This document shows, in pieces, positions 1 through 9,917 of a stretch of 64,000 nucleotides of DNA. The notes beneath the pieces were generated by a model. That model had not been told where the DNA came from. It made no database searches and saw nothing but the letters and a program-made list of their open reading frames with translations. Origin of the DNA: a bacterium (lineage in GTDB: Bacteria > Krumholzibacteriota > Krumholzibacteriia > LZORAL124-64-63); contig JANOEP010000039.1 in NCBI GenBank assembly GCA_031441465.1, positions 15,221 through 79,220 on the forward strand, written 5' to 3'. Every line of letters begins with the position of its first letter. The stretch's first letter is position 1. The translations under genes and the position numbers were made by a program.

Positions 1-3000
1 CCAGTTGTCGCGCGTGCCGTCCTCGCGCCAGCGGGTGACGGCGAGGTCCTTCCAGCGGCTGTAGCCGCCGCCGGCGTTCGTGACCATCACGTGGTACCTG
101 CTGTTGGACAGCAGCTGCACCTCCGGCAGCGGGGTGTGCGGGGTGCCGACGCTGCGGGCCGGGGTCTCCCGGCCGCCTTCGACCGCCTCGGTGGTGGTCG
201 TCTCGGCGGTCTGGGCATGGAACACCGAGGCTTTCGGCACGCGTTCCTGGAGCAGCAGCACGGTCGCCTGGAATCCCGGATCCGCAGCGAACCGCCTCTG
301 CATCGGGCGGTCCAGGAGCAGGTAGGCGAAGGACAGCAGGCTCATGCCCTGATGATGCGCCATGAACGAGCGGACGACGGCGTGCGGCTGCCCGCGCGGG
401 ATGCGGGTGGTGGTGTAGTCGATCGCCTCGTAGAGACCGTACCGTCCCGCGAACCCTTCGGCGTCGAGCCGCTGCAGGTTCTGGCACGCCGCACCGGGCG
501 CCACCATCAGCGCCAGGGCCGAGGCGTACGGGGCGACGACCAGATCCGAGGCCAAGCCGCGCTTGAGCCCCAGGCCGGGCACGCCGAAGGCGCGGTACTG
601 GTAGTTCAGGTGGGCGTCGATCGTGTTGTAGCCGGATTCGGAGACGCCCCAGGGCACGCCGCGCAGTTTCCCGTACTCGATCTGTCGCTCGACCGCCCCT
701 GCGTAGGTCCGGTCGAGCAGCGTGTTCTCGTACGTCGGCATCACCAGCAGCGGCATGAGATACTCGAACATCGAGCCGCTCCAGGACAGCAGGACCGGTG
801 CGCCGCCGGTGGCGCTCAGCAGGCGCCCCAGGGCGAACCAGGTCTCCTGCGGCAGCTGTTCCTGCGCGATGGCCACGAAGCTGGCCAGCCGCGCTTCGGA
901 CGCGAGCAGGTCGTAGTAGCTCGAATCGCGTCGGCGCTGGGTGACGTCGTAGCCGATCACCAGCAGATGACGAGCCTTGTCGTAGAGAAAGTCGTAGTCG
1001 GCGACGGCGAGTTCGCCGGAACGTCGTGCGAGATCCGCGATCGACTCCAGCCTGGCTGCGGCGCGGTCGCCCGCCTCCGCGGCGTAGCCTGCCAGTTCGC
1101 GCAGCGTCGGGATCGTGTCGGATTCCGGGAAGGCGACGGCCGAATTCTCCGGGGTCGGCAGCGCGGTCCAGGGTGCCAGGAACGCGAGGTCGTCGAGCGC
1201 CGCCGCGCATTGACGGGCGAGGGCGTCCGCCCACCACTTCGCCGCGCCCGGGGGGTCGTCGGCGAGGCCGGCCGCGGCTTCCGTGATGGACGCCGTCAGT
1301 CTCTCGAGGCAGCGCCGGGTCGCCGTGAGGGTGGCCGGCTTTGCGGCGCAGATGCCGGTCAGATCCGCCCGCAGTTGGGCCAGACGGGGCGCCGCGCTCT
1401 TGCCCGCGGCCTCCGCCAGGATCGCGAGCGTGTCGCTCAGCCCTTCGAACAGCCGGGCGCCCAGGACGTCGTGATCGGGGAGCGCCAGCAACCCGGCGCG
1501 CAGCGTCAGCAGGTGGCCGGCGAGGTTGCCGCTGTCCACCGTCGAGACGTAGTGGGGCGGCAGCGGCTCCAGGGTCTGCGTGTCGTACCAGTTGTAGAAG
1601 TGGCCCCGGTGGCGCTCCATGGCGTCCATGGCGCCGAACGTGCGCGCCGTGCGCTCGACCAGTTGCCCCGGCGGGAGGTAGCCGAAGTCGTAGGCCGTCA
1701 GGGACGACAGCAGGGAGAGCCCGATGTTGGTCGGGGACGTGCGGTGCGCGATCCTGGCCGCGCCGAATTCCTGGAAGTTGTCGGGCGGCAGCCAGTGGTC
1801 GTCGGGTCCGACGAACGTCTCGAAGAACATCCACGTCCTGCGTGCCAGTTTCCGCAGAAAGACGTGTTGGCTCGCGGTCAACGTTTCCCTGCGGCGGGTG
1901 AGGGGACGGCTGAGCCACCACGCGATCGCCGGCGAGACCAGCCAGAGGCAGAGGACGGGCCCGGCCGCCGTCAGGACGGCCGGTCGCAGGGACGCCAGAC
2001 CGACCAGCGCCACGACGGCGACCACGGGGGCGGCCCACATCGACCGGTAAGCGGCGGCGAGGCCGCTCCGGCGGTCGTTCATGCCGTCGCCGGACGGGCT
2101 CCACTCGAGGAGCCGCCGGCGGGCGAGCAGCCGCCAGATCGTGCGCACGATCGCGTCGAGGCTGGATTGCGCTTCGTGGGGGAGGCAGGCGAGGGCGAAG
2201 GTCGCCTGGGCGAAGTGACGGCCGGCCGCGCGCGCGGTGTCGGCGAGGTGCTGCGCCGGCCCCACGTCGCTCCCCTTGCGGGTGAGATCCAGCAAGGAGG
2301 CGGCCAACGGCGGGATCATGATGATCCCGACCACCGTCAGGGTCCAGAACCACGCGGGCGCCAGCGCCGTCCAGCCCAGCAGCAGCAGCAACGTCAGCGC
2401 CGGTGAGACGAGGCTGCGCCGGAGGTTGTCGAGGAGCTTCCAGCGCGACAGCCCCGAGAGGGTGTTCCGCCGCCGCACCGTTCCGGCGCCGGGCACCCGG
2501 GGCAGCATCCACGCCAAGAGTTGCCAGTCGCCGCGGATCCAGCGGTGCCGGCGGCTCATGTCGGCGAGGTAGCGGGCGGGATAGTCCTCGTAGAGCTGCA
2601 CGTCGCTCAGCAGCCCCGAACGGGCATGGCAACCTTCGAGGAGATCGTGGCTCAGGATCCGGTTCTCTGGGAAACGTCCCTCCAGCACGCGCCCGAAGGC
2701 TTCGACGTCGTAGATGCCCTTGCCGATGAACGAGCCCTCGTGGAACAGGTCCTGGTAGACGTCCGAGACGGCGCGCGTGTACGGGTCGATGCCGGGTTCG
2801 CCCCCGTAGAGCCGGGCGTACCGCGACCGGTTCGATCCCGGCAGGCTGGCGGCCACGCGGGGCTGCAGGATGCCGTAGCCCTCGGTGATGCACTGTCGAT
2901 CCTCGTCGTAGCGCGGGCGGTTCAGCGGGTGCGCCATGGCGGCGACGAATTGCCACGCCGAGTCGCGCGGCAGCTGCGTGTCGGTGTCCAGGGTGATCAC

Positions 3001-4869
3001 GTACTTCACGTTCGGCAGGACCGACGTCCGGCCGACCACCAGCGCGAACCGGTCGGGGGGGGCGCCCCGCAGGAGCGCGTTCAGGTCGGCGAGCTTGCCC
3101 CGCTTGCGCTCGTGGCCCATCCACAGCCGTTCCCGGGGGTTCCAGGTCCGCGGGCGATGGAACAGGAAGAAGGAGCTGCCGATCCCGCGCCGGTACTTCT
3201 CGTTCAGCGCTTCGATCTTCTCCCGCGCGAGCTGCAGCAAGGGGCCGTCCTGCGGGAGCGTTTCCTCGTGCGCGTCCCGGAAGTCCGTCAACAGGCCGAA
3301 GTGCAGGTTCTCGTCCCGGTTCGCCAGGAACCGGACTTCCAGCGCTTCGGCCAGGTCCTCGATGTTGCGGGCGTCCGTGATCATCGTCGGGATCACCACG
3401 AGTGCGCGACATTCCGGGGGGATCCCCGTGGAGAAATCCAGACGGGGCAGCAGGTGCGGCCGGGCGAACAGAACGGCGAGCCAGTTCACCAGGGCGACCG
3501 CCAGCTGGCTGGAGCACAGCAGCGCGAGAGCCGCGACCAGGGTGAGCGCCGGGACACCCGGGCGGGCGGCCAGCGCGACCGCCGTCAGACCGCCGGTCAG
3601 CAACGCCGTGACCAGCAGCAACGGCCCCAGATACGCCAGGAGCGGGAAGCGGTTGGGGAATCGACGGAGCGTTCCGGCGGCGGAGCGTCGCACCCCCGCC
3701 TCCCGCTCGAGTCGCGGCAGCCCGCGGTCGATCAGGTGGTAGCCGACGTGCGACGCCCGGCCGCCGGTGGCATCGGCCGCATCGCCGGGCCGCGTGAAGT
3801 CGATCGCCAGGCGCGCCACCTGGGCCTCGGTCAGCCGGCTCCGTTGCGCGATCCGCTCCACCACGTGGCGGTACCGATCGCGTGTGGTGAAATCCATCCT
3901 GCCGTAGACGCCGCGGGGATCCTCCCGCAGCGTGGACTCCACGACGCTCATCGTCTCGACGAACTCGCGCCAGTCCATCGCCCCCAGGAACCGGAGGCTG
4001 CCGATGCTGTTGCCGATCGAGACCTGGTCGGCCGCCTGTTGCTGGTTCTCCGCTTGGACCAGCTGCTCGATCGTCTGGTCGGACTGAGAGAGCCGTTGTT
4101 CGATCCAGGTCATGGGCAGCGCCAGCGACGGGCTTCGCCCCTGGAGGCGGCGGGCGAGTTCGGCGACGAAGGAGCTGACCATCGGCGGGTTGGAGCGCGC
4201 CATGTCGGCGACCGCGAGGATCAGGCTGTTGGGGTCGTTCTCGGCGATCTCGGTCATCTTGTCCGCCCAGTGGTCGGCGCGGTTGCGGTCGACCCTGTCG
4301 ACGGCGATGCGGACGGCGACGCGCCGCAGGTTCTCGATGAGCGCCAGGCGCAGCATGATCGGGATGGCCCACAGCTCGCCCAGCGTCAGGACGCTGACCG
4401 ACTGGTAGGAGGCGACGAAGCTGCTCAGATTCTCCGGATCGACGCGCCCGTCGCCGTGCGAGATCGTCTCGAGAGCGAGGTCGTAGACGCGTGGGAAGCC
4501 GGCGGACGAGCCGCGGTGCAGGGAGGGCAGCTCCCGGCTGTAGCCCTTCGGCAGGTGGCGCCGGGCCGTGCGGATCTGTTCCTCGATGAGGTAGAAGTTG
4601 TCGAGCAGCCACTCGCCGGCCGGCGTGATCCGGCGGTCCGTCCTGACGGCTTCCGTGATCAATTCGCGGGTTTCGATCAGGACGCGCTCGTTCTCCGCCA
4701 GCCGCGACAGGAGCCGGTCGGGGGTCCGCCGGCCGACAAGCTTATGGCTGGAGGCGAGCGACTTGCCGTGCTCTTTCATCTGATCTGCGCTGAACAGTTC
4801 CGCGCGCAGCGGCTGCTCGTCGCCGGAAAGCCGTCCCGGGAATCGCGGGGATCTCAGCGTCGATTTCAT
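1..4869 (-). CDS. ndvB: Cyclic beta-1,2-glucan synthase (NdvB/ChvB family), N-terminal ~1620 aa. The C-terminus is truncated by the window edge.
   Basis: The minus-strand reverse-complement translation starts at ATG 4869 (MKSTLRSPRFPGRLSGDEQPL...GEWLLDNFYLIEEQIR...). It continues without a stop through the GT84-like region (DXD, FFLFHRPRTWNPRERLWMGHERKRGKL). It reaches the start of the GH94 region (HTPLPEVQLLSNSRYHVMVTNAGGGYSRWKDLAVTRWREDGTRDNW) at position 1. The ORF track omits it because it is open-ended. The long plus-strand ORFs here are GC-driven antisense artefacts. Confidence 0.75.
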   Translation of the reverse strand, partial: MKSTLRSPRFPGRLSGDEQPLRAELFSADQMKEHGKSLASSHKLVGRRTPDRLLSRLAENERVLIETRELITEAVRTDRRITPAGEWLLDNFYLIEEQIRTARRHLPKGYSRELPSLHRGSSAGFPRVYDLALETISHGDGRVDPENLSSFVASYQSVSVLTLGELWAIPIMLRLALIENLRRVAVRIAVDRVDRNRADHWADKMTEIAENDPNSLILAVADMARSNPPMVSSFVAELARRLQGRSPSLALPMTWIEQRLSQSDQTIEQLVQAENQQQAADQVSIGNSIGSLRFLGAMDWREFVETMSVVESTLREDPRGVYGRMDFTTRDRYRHVVERIAQRSRLTEAQVARLAIDFTRPGDAADATGGRASHVGYHLIDRGLPRLEREAGVRRSAAGTLRRFPNRFPLLAYLGPLLLVTALLTGGLTAVALAARPGVPALTLVAALALLCSSQLAVALVNWLAVLFARPHLLPRLDFSTGIPPECRALVVIPTMITDARNIEDLAEALEVRFLANRDENLHFGLLTDFRDAHEETLPQDGPLLQLAREKIEALNEKYRRGIGSSFFLFHRPRTWNPRERLWMGHERKRGKLADLNALLRGAPPDRFALVVGRTSVLPNVKYVITLDTDTQLPRDSAWQFVAAMAHPLNRPRYDEDRQCITEGYGILQPRVAASLPGSNRSRYARLYGGEPGIDPYTRAVSDVYQDLFHEGSFIGKGIYDVEAFGRVLEGRFPENRILSHDLLEGCHARSGLLSDVQLYEDYPARYLADMSRRHRWIRGDWQLLAWMLPRVPGAGTVRRRNTLSGLSRWKLLDNLRRSLVSPALTLLLLLGWTALAPAWFWTLTVVGIIMIPPLAASLLDLTRKGSDVGPAQHLADTARAAGRHFAQATFALACLPHEAQSSLDAIVRTIWRLLARRRLLEWSPSGDGMNDRRSGLAAAYRSMWAAPVVAVVALVGLASLRPAVLTAAGPVLCLWLVSPAIAWWLSRPLTRRRETLTASQHVFLRKLARRTWMFFETFVGPDDHWLPPDNFQEFGAARIAHRTSPTNIGLSLLSSLTAYDFGYLPPGQLVERTARTFGAMDAMERHRGHFYNWYDTQTLEPLPPHYVSTVDSGNLAGHLLTLRAGLLALPDHDVLGARLFEGLSDTLAILAEAAGKSAAPRLAQLRADLTGICAAKPATLTATRRCLERLTASITEAAAGLADDPPGAAKWWADALARQCAAALDDLAFLAPWTALPTPENSAVAFPESDTIPTLRELAGYAAEAGDRAAARLESIADLARRSGELAVADYDFLYDKARHLLVIGYDVTQRRRDSSYYDLLASEARLASFVAIAQEQLPQETWFALGRLLSATGGAPVLLSWSGSMFEYLMPLLVMPTYENTLLDRTYAGAVERQIEYGKLRGVPWGVSESGYNTIDAHLNYQYRAFGVPGLGLKRGLASDLVVAPYASALALMVAPGAACQNLQRLDAEGFAGRYGLYEAIDYTTTRIPRGQPHAVVRSFMAHHQGMSLLSFAYLLLDRPMQRRFAADPGFQATVLLLQERVPKASVFHAQTAETTTTEAVEGGRETPARSVGTPHTPLPEVQLLSNSRYHVMVTNAGGGYSRWKDLAVTRWREDGTRDNW

Positions 4870-4960
4870 CGCACCACGATCCCGTTACGGGCCGGTGCGA
4901 CGGCTCCGGGAATCGCGGGGACGGTGGCGGCGGTGTTCGCTGTGGTGGTGTACGACGTAT

Positions 4961-5128
4961 CTAGCCGGCTTTCTTCCGGCGGCGGTTGTGTTCGATGTCG
5001 GAAAGACGCGCGGCCGAGACTTCGAGGGCGGACCCGAGGCCGCGCAGCGCAAGCCCGGCCTCCAGGCGGAGGCGGCGGATCTCACGGCCCAGATCGTTGG
5101 TCTTCATGGACAACATGTTAGCTGACAT
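4961..5128 (-). CDS. Small XRE-family helix-turn-helix protein of about 49-56 aa. It falls below the ORF-track size cutoff.
   Basis: The reverse complement reads MSANMLSMKTNDLGREIRRLRLEAGLALRGLGSALEVSAARLSDIEHNRRRKKAG, which matches the HTH_3 pattern (L..lR...gLs...L....gvs...ls.iE.g.r). Alternative starts are at 5116 and 5107. It lies upstream of ndvB on the same strand. Confidence 0.3.
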   Translation of the reverse strand: MSANMLSMKTNDLGREIRRLRLEAGLALRGLGSALEVSAARLSDIEHNRRRKKAG

Positions 5129-5185
5129 GGCTGACAGTCGCCACGCGGAAGGCGCCGACGGCGTGGACCTTGCCGCTCTGCGATC

Positions 5186-5695
5186 CTACCGGAACTGCTC
5201 CCGCCACGACCGCTCCAGCGCCAGCGCCAGGACCGGCGACGGGTCGCCGATGAGCGTCGACCAGCCGCTCTGATAGATCAACCCATACATCAGGCCTTGT
5301 GCCGCCGAGTAGAGCAGGACGACGTTGTTTTCGGCGCAGTCGTGGTTCTTGCAGGCACTGGCGAGGATGTACTCATCGCCGTCGACCGTCACCAGACGAT
5401 TCTGGGCGCTAGGTCCATCGAGATCCGCCAACCACGAATCCCGGCCAAACGAGCCCAACGCCTTGTCGTAGGCGGCGTTGGCATTGGGATCCATGAGGAT
5501 CCCGGACGCGCTGAGTTCGTGCAGCTCGTACGCCCGCGTCGACGGGATACTGTCGGCGGCGTGTTCGCAACCGGCCCGGTGAGGGCCGCCGTCTGTTGCC
5601 GGGAACGACGCGTCGGGACACTGCAAACGGGCGCTCGCGTCGGCGGCGACGAGGATCAGGACGGTCACTTGAAGGAGATGCTTGAAGGCGGTCAT
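5186..5695 (-). CDS. Ivy-family inhibitor of vertebrate (C-type) lysozyme, periplasmic.
   Basis: It has an N-terminal signal peptide. The Ivy hallmark loop ACKNHDC is followed by NNVVLLYS, compared with E. coli Ivy SACKPHDCGSQRIAVMWS. The size, about 150 aa mature, fits. Confidence 0.55.
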   Translation of the reverse strand: MTAFKHLLQVTVLILVAADASARLQCPDASFPATDGGPHRAGCEHAADSIPSTRAYELHELSASGILMDPNANAAYDKALGSFGRDSWLADLDGPSAQNRLVTVDGDEYILASACKNHDCAENNVVLLYSAAQGLMYGLIYQSGWSTLIGDPSPVLALALERSWREQFR

Positions 5696-5765
5696 GGAAT
5701 TCCCCCGTCGACCGGCTCGATGACCGGACCGTTCCCCGGCCGCATCACCTGCCGTCGGTGCTATC

Positions 5766-6359
5766 TCAGGCGACCGCCAGCCCCAGGATCCGGCTGACGT
5801 CGGTCATCAGGCCGTGCGCGGTCACTTCGGTCATCCCCCCGGCCAGGGTGGTCGAGCGCCCGCCGGATTCGGCGCACAGCATGTAGGACACCGCGAGCGC
5901 GCGGGCGCGGTTGACGGCGCGATCGTTGGCCGCGCCCGACTGCATCGCCGTGAACATGGTGCCGGTGTTCACTGCGACGGCTCCGCCCTGGATGTCCGGG
6001 ACGCCGTTGCGCACGATCAGCCGGTGCAGTTGTTCGCGGGTCACGGTTGGGCCGCCCGGAACTTCGACACCGGCCGGCGACACCACGAACGTCCCGCCCG
6101 GTGAACGGATCTTGTCGACGCGACCGGCGAACCACTTGTTGACGCCCTTGCGCAGGAACCAGGCGCCGACGATCGCGACGACGAAGCGGAACAACACCAG
6201 GAAGGAAGGTGTCCCCCTGGACGTCGTGCCGATGACGAACAGGGCGAAGATCACGGCGATGATGTTCGCGGCCCCTTTGGAAGTGGGGGGCGACGCCGGG
6301 TCGACCGTGAAGCGCACGCGTCCGTTGTCGAGGGATTCCTGACGATAACTGCTGTCCAT
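5766..6359 (-). CDS. Hypothetical membrane protein with two predicted TM helices.
   Basis: The ORF track gives 5766..6440. The likely start is the internal MDSSYRQ. The hydrophobic segments AANIIAVIFALFVIGTT and FLVLFRFVVAIVGAWFL look like TM helices. There is no recognisable family. Confidence 0.3.
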   Translation of the reverse strand: MDSSYRQESLDNGRVRFTVDPASPPTSKGAANIIAVIFALFVIGTTSRGTPSFLVLFRFVVAIVGAWFLRKGVNKWFAGRVDKIRSPGGTFVVSPAGVEVPGGPTVTREQLHRLIVRNGVPDIQGGAVAVNTGTMFTAMQSGAANDRAVNRARALAVSYMLCAESGGRSTTLAGGMTEVTAHGLMTDVSRILGLAVA

Positions 6360-6548
6360 GATCCCCGCCTTTCCGTCGAGTCGCGATCCGGTCGCCTGGC
6401 AATCGCCCGTCACTCGCGGTGAGTGGCGGCCCGCGACCACGAAATCAGACTAAATCAGTCTTAATGAAGAGGCAAGGGAGGAAAATCGGCAACAAGTCAT
6501 CGGTCCAACGAAGCCAAGCACATGGCACGGCATGATCGCCTGGCGGGA

Positions 6549-8606
6549 TCAATCCGTCGGCCACGCATCGAACCACACCTCGACCCCGCCCACCACCGTC
6601 CGTCCCGCCAGCGGCAGCCCGGTCTGCGATTCCACCAGCGCATCGAACACGTTGTCGACGCGCAGGTGCAGTTCCCCGCGCGACAGCGGTCCGATCCCGC
6701 CGGCCAACACCTTCCCGACCCGCACGTTCACCGTCCCCTGCGCCGGCAACCGCCGCAACCCGTCCCCGTCGTCGTTGACGTCGGCCGACATCCGCGGCCC
6801 CAGCGCCGCACCCTCCACGGTCGTCCGCCAGCCGCCGTCGCCATGCCAGGTGAACGACAGGAACGAGATGTAGGACGGCCGATCCTCCACCGCCCCGTCG
6901 TACCGCCCGCCCGCCCGCCGCCGCGCCTCGATCACGCTGTGGTGCCCGCCGATCTCCCAGGCCGGTGCCGGCCGCCACACGGCGACCGCTTCGACGCCCA
7001 GGGTGCGCACCGCGTCGAGGTTCACGCGTTGGAAACGGTTCGAGCCGTCGTTCAGGCCCACGCGTTCGATCGCGCCGTCCAGCCAGCTCGCGAACCCGGT
7101 CACCCCGATCTCCCAGGATCCCCGCCGCGCAACGGCGCCCAGGTCCCACAGGTCCTGCACTTCGGGCGCGAGGTCGGGGTTGGGGACGAACCGCCCGAGC
7201 GCGCCGGAGTACAGCTCCCGCAGGGCCGGAAACCGGCTGCGGCGCGCGTACGAGGCGTGCAGGGTCAGCGGCTCGCCCAGCCGGCGCTCCAGCCGCGCGA
7301 ACGCGGCCGCCGCTCCGGTCGCGTCGCGCGCCGGCTTGTCGCCCGACTCGGGGGTCGTGGCCAGGTCCCAACCACCGCCGGTGCGCGCGCGCCAGCCGCC
7401 GCCGAGGTCCAGGTCCGCTTCGACGGCCGCCGCGCCGATGAGCTGGGCATACGTCAGCTCCGGCCCGGCGTACTGCAGCGACTCGCGGTGATGGGTGTAG
7501 CGTGCGCTCGCCTGCACGGCCACGCTGCCGCGGTCGAGGTAGCGGGTCGCGCGGGCGCGGGCGAAGCCGGTGCGGTCGTTGTCGGTCTCGTGGTCGGCGC
7601 CGGGGGTGAGTGCGGGCGTTGCATAGGTCGCGTCGTCGTAGGAGCGGATCTCCTGGTGGAAGAGGTCGGCGGCGGCGTCCACGGCGAGTTCCCAGTCATC
7701 ACTCTCGCCCAGCGGCGTGCGCAACCCGGCGCCGAGCAGGCCGCGTCGCACCGCGGGGTAGCGCCAGAAGCGCGCGTCGGCGCCCAGGTGCGTCTCGGGG
7801 GGCACGCCCTTCTCGCCGTCGGATCCGAGCCATGTGAGGTGCCAGGTCGCGCCCGAGGCGCCATGGTGCTGCAGGCGCAGCAGAAGCGAGGTCTGCTCCA
7901 GGTCGCTGTTGAGTCGCTGCCGCGACGGCCCCTGGTTCGTCGGCACCGCCAGATCGGATGGGACCACGTACCCGTCCTGCGCGCGCCACGAGCCCGCCGC
8001 GAGCACCTCCCAGGCGCCCTGCCGGCGCTGGTGCAGCAGCCGACCTTCGCGCAGGACCGACTCGCCGAACTGCATGCCCAGCCGGGTGCGCGCGCCGTCC
8101 GACGGCATCGTCTGCAAGCGCAACTCGATGGTGCCGGCCAGGGCGTTGGGTCCCTCCAACACGCTGCCGACGCCGCGCACGCCGCGCACCGATCCGATCG
8201 CGTCCACCGGCACCAGGCCGGCGTCCACGCGCTCGTCCCAGGGCACGTTCAGCGGGATGCCGTCCAACCACAGGCGGACGTGACGCTCCGACGCGCCTCG
8301 CACCATGAACACGCTTTCGCCGCGGGAGTTGACCACGGTCCGGGTCGCCGGGAGCACCGGTGACAGGTCGGCGGCCGATTGCAGGTCCTGCGCGCCCAGG
8401 ACGATGGCGTCGACGGACGAGGCCGCAGAGTCGATCGTGCCGGAGGTCGTGGAGCCGTAGACGACGACCGGTTCGGTGATGACCCAGATGGTGTCGGCGC
8501 CGGTGATCTGCAGTTCGGCGGGGAAGGCGTCGGGCACCTCGTCGGCGGCCGGGACGGCCGCGGCGCCAAGCAGGACGGCGAGCACGATGGGGATCGGGAG
8601 TCGCAT
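6549..8606 (-). CDS. TonB-dependent outer-membrane receptor.
   Basis: It has a signal peptide (MRLPIPIVLAVLLGAAAVPA) and a plug-domain signature (ESVFMVRGASERHVRLWLDGIPLN), followed by a long beta-barrel region. The start is ATG at 8606. Confidence 0.75.
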   Translation of the reverse strand: MRLPIPIVLAVLLGAAAVPAADEVPDAFPAELQITGADTIWVITEPVVVYGSTTSGTIDSAASSVDAIVLGAQDLQSAADLSPVLPATRTVVNSRGESVFMVRGASERHVRLWLDGIPLNVPWDERVDAGLVPVDAIGSVRGVRGVGSVLEGPNALAGTIELRLQTMPSDGARTRLGMQFGESVLREGRLLHQRRQGAWEVLAAGSWRAQDGYVVPSDLAVPTNQGPSRQRLNSDLEQTSLLLRLQHHGASGATWHLTWLGSDGEKGVPPETHLGADARFWRYPAVRRGLLGAGLRTPLGESDDWELAVDAAADLFHQEIRSYDDATYATPALTPGADHETDNDRTGFARARATRYLDRGSVAVQASARYTHHRESLQYAGPELTYAQLIGAAAVEADLDLGGGWRARTGGGWDLATTPESGDKPARDATGAAAAFARLERRLGEPLTLHASYARRSRFPALRELYSGALGRFVPNPDLAPEVQDLWDLGAVARRGSWEIGVTGFASWLDGAIERVGLNDGSNRFQRVNLDAVRTLGVEAVAVWRPAPAWEIGGHHSVIEARRRAGGRYDGAVEDRPSYISFLSFTWHGDGGWRTTVEGAALGPRMSADVNDDGDGLRRLPAQGTVNVRVGKVLAGGIGPLSRGELHLRVDNVFDALVESQTGLPLAGRTVVGGVEVWFDAWPTD

Positions 8607-8791
8607 GGGGGTCCTTCGCGGCTGCGAGCCGGAGACGGGGCGACAGGCGTCCACCCGTCGGCAGCCGATCGCCTGATCGCTTCTAACATCGCCCGCCAGC
8701 CGACGTCAAGCCACCGGATTCGGGTTCCGGGCGGGATTGCGCTGGTGCCCGTAGCGCCGGGGCATGGTAGATTGGGTCCCGGGAGGGATGC

Positions 8792-9110
8792 ATGACGCGA
8801 CGAGATGTGACGACCCGGATCATCCGCGCCGGCGAGCCGATGCCGCCGGACATCGACTGGCTGTCCCGCACCGCCGAGGAACGGGTCGCCGCCGTGTGGG
8901 AGCTGACGCTGCTGTGCCAGGCATGGAGACAGGAAGGTCCCGGTGAACCGCGACTTGATCGATCTGTTGGCCGCGTTCAACGCGCAGGGTGTTGAATATC
9001 TCGTCGTCGGCGCCCATGCGCTGGCCGTGCACGGCCACGTGCGCGCCACGAAGGACCTCGATGTCTGGGTTCGGGCGGATGTCGAGCGGCTCGAAGCGGG
9101 CGACGTCTAG
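8792..9110 (+). pseudogene. Remnant or frameshifted small nucleotidyltransferase-like gene. It is two overlapping short ORFs in different frames.
   Basis: ORF 8946..9110 (GTG start) encodes VNRDLIDLLAAFNAQGVEYLVVGAHALAVHGHVRATKDLDVWVRAD. This is the typical N-terminus of the small nucleotidyltransferase-fold family, and it stops early. An upstream overlapping ORF 8792..8995 is in another frame. Confidence 0.3.
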
Positions 9111-9146
9111 GTCAAGTGCCGGTTCCCCGGCCGGGAGGTCACGATC

Positions 9147-9884
9147 GTGAAGAATGCCCTGATCACCCTGTGCCTGCTGGGTCTCGTCGCCGCCGGCGCC
9201 GCCCGCGGCCAGGACGGGCTCGAGCTGGAGATCGGCCGCGTCACCACCGGGTACAACGACGTGGCCATCCCTGGCGACTCCGGTACCCGTCTGTCGCTGT
9301 CCGACGACCTGGAAGCCGGATCGGCGACGGCGTTCCGACTCCGTTATAGCCACCTGCACGCCGGTCGGCACTGGCTGGCCGCGCTCGCGGCGCCGCTGAC
9401 GGTGAAATCCCGCGGCGCTCTGGAAGGGGCGGTCGACTTCGCCGGCACGACTTTCCCGGGCGGTACGCCCGTCGACGCCACATTCCGTTTCGATTCCTAC
9501 CGGCTGGTCTACCGCTACCGTTTCGCGGATTCTGGCCGATGGCGGTTCGGACTCGGCGGCGCCCTGAAGGTCCGCGACGCGGCGATCAAGCTGGAAGGGG
9601 GGGAGCTGAGCGCGGAGAAGACCAACACGGGATTCGTCCCGCTGCTGAGCTTCGATGTCGTCTGGGCGCCGGCGCAGGATTGGCGGCTGCTGGTGGACGG
9701 AGAGGCGTTGGCCGCCCCGCAGGGGAGGGCCGAAGATGTCCTGTTCGCGGTCCAGTACGACCTGCCGCACCGCCTGAGCCTCACCGCCGGCTATCGGATC
9801 CTCGAGGGCGGCGCGGAGAACGATGAGGTCTACACCTTCTCCCTCTTCCACTACCTGGTCGCCGGGGCGGCCGTCCGCTTCTGA
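9147..9884 (+). CDS. Outer-membrane beta-barrel protein (OmpW/OprG-like size).
   Basis: It has a signal peptide, alternating amphipathic beta-strand pattern, and a C-terminal aromatic (AAVRF) beta-signal. Confidence 0.55.
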   Translation: MKNALITLCLLGLVAAGAARGQDGLELEIGRVTTGYNDVAIPGDSGTRLSLSDDLEAGSATAFRLRYSHLHAGRHWLAALAAPLTVKSRGALEGAVDFAGTTFPGGTPVDATFRFDSYRLVYRYRFADSGRWRFGLGGALKVRDAAIKLEGGELSAEKTNTGFVPLLSFDVVWAPAQDWRLLVDGEALAAPQGRAEDVLFAVQYDLPHRLSLTAGYRILEGGAENDEVYTFSLFHYLVAGAAVRF

Positions 9885-9917
9885 CGGGCCCGGATCCTGA
9901 TCAATCGTAGGTGCAAT

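Noticed and set aside
91-5121. Long plus-strand ORFs (91..2406 at 771 aa and 2521..5121 at 866 aa) with Arg, Gly and Ala-rich low-complexity translations.
   Set aside because: These are antisense shadow ORFs produced by about 70% GC. The minus-strand translation gives a coherent NdvB/ChvB glucan synthase with conserved motifs, so the plus-strand ORFs are not genes.
8654-8800. A possible cobalamin riboswitch upstream of the TonB-dependent receptor.
   Set aside because: The GGTGCC and AGCCAC-like elements are in the wrong order and orientation for a riboswitch on the receptor strand. No convincing B12-box is present.
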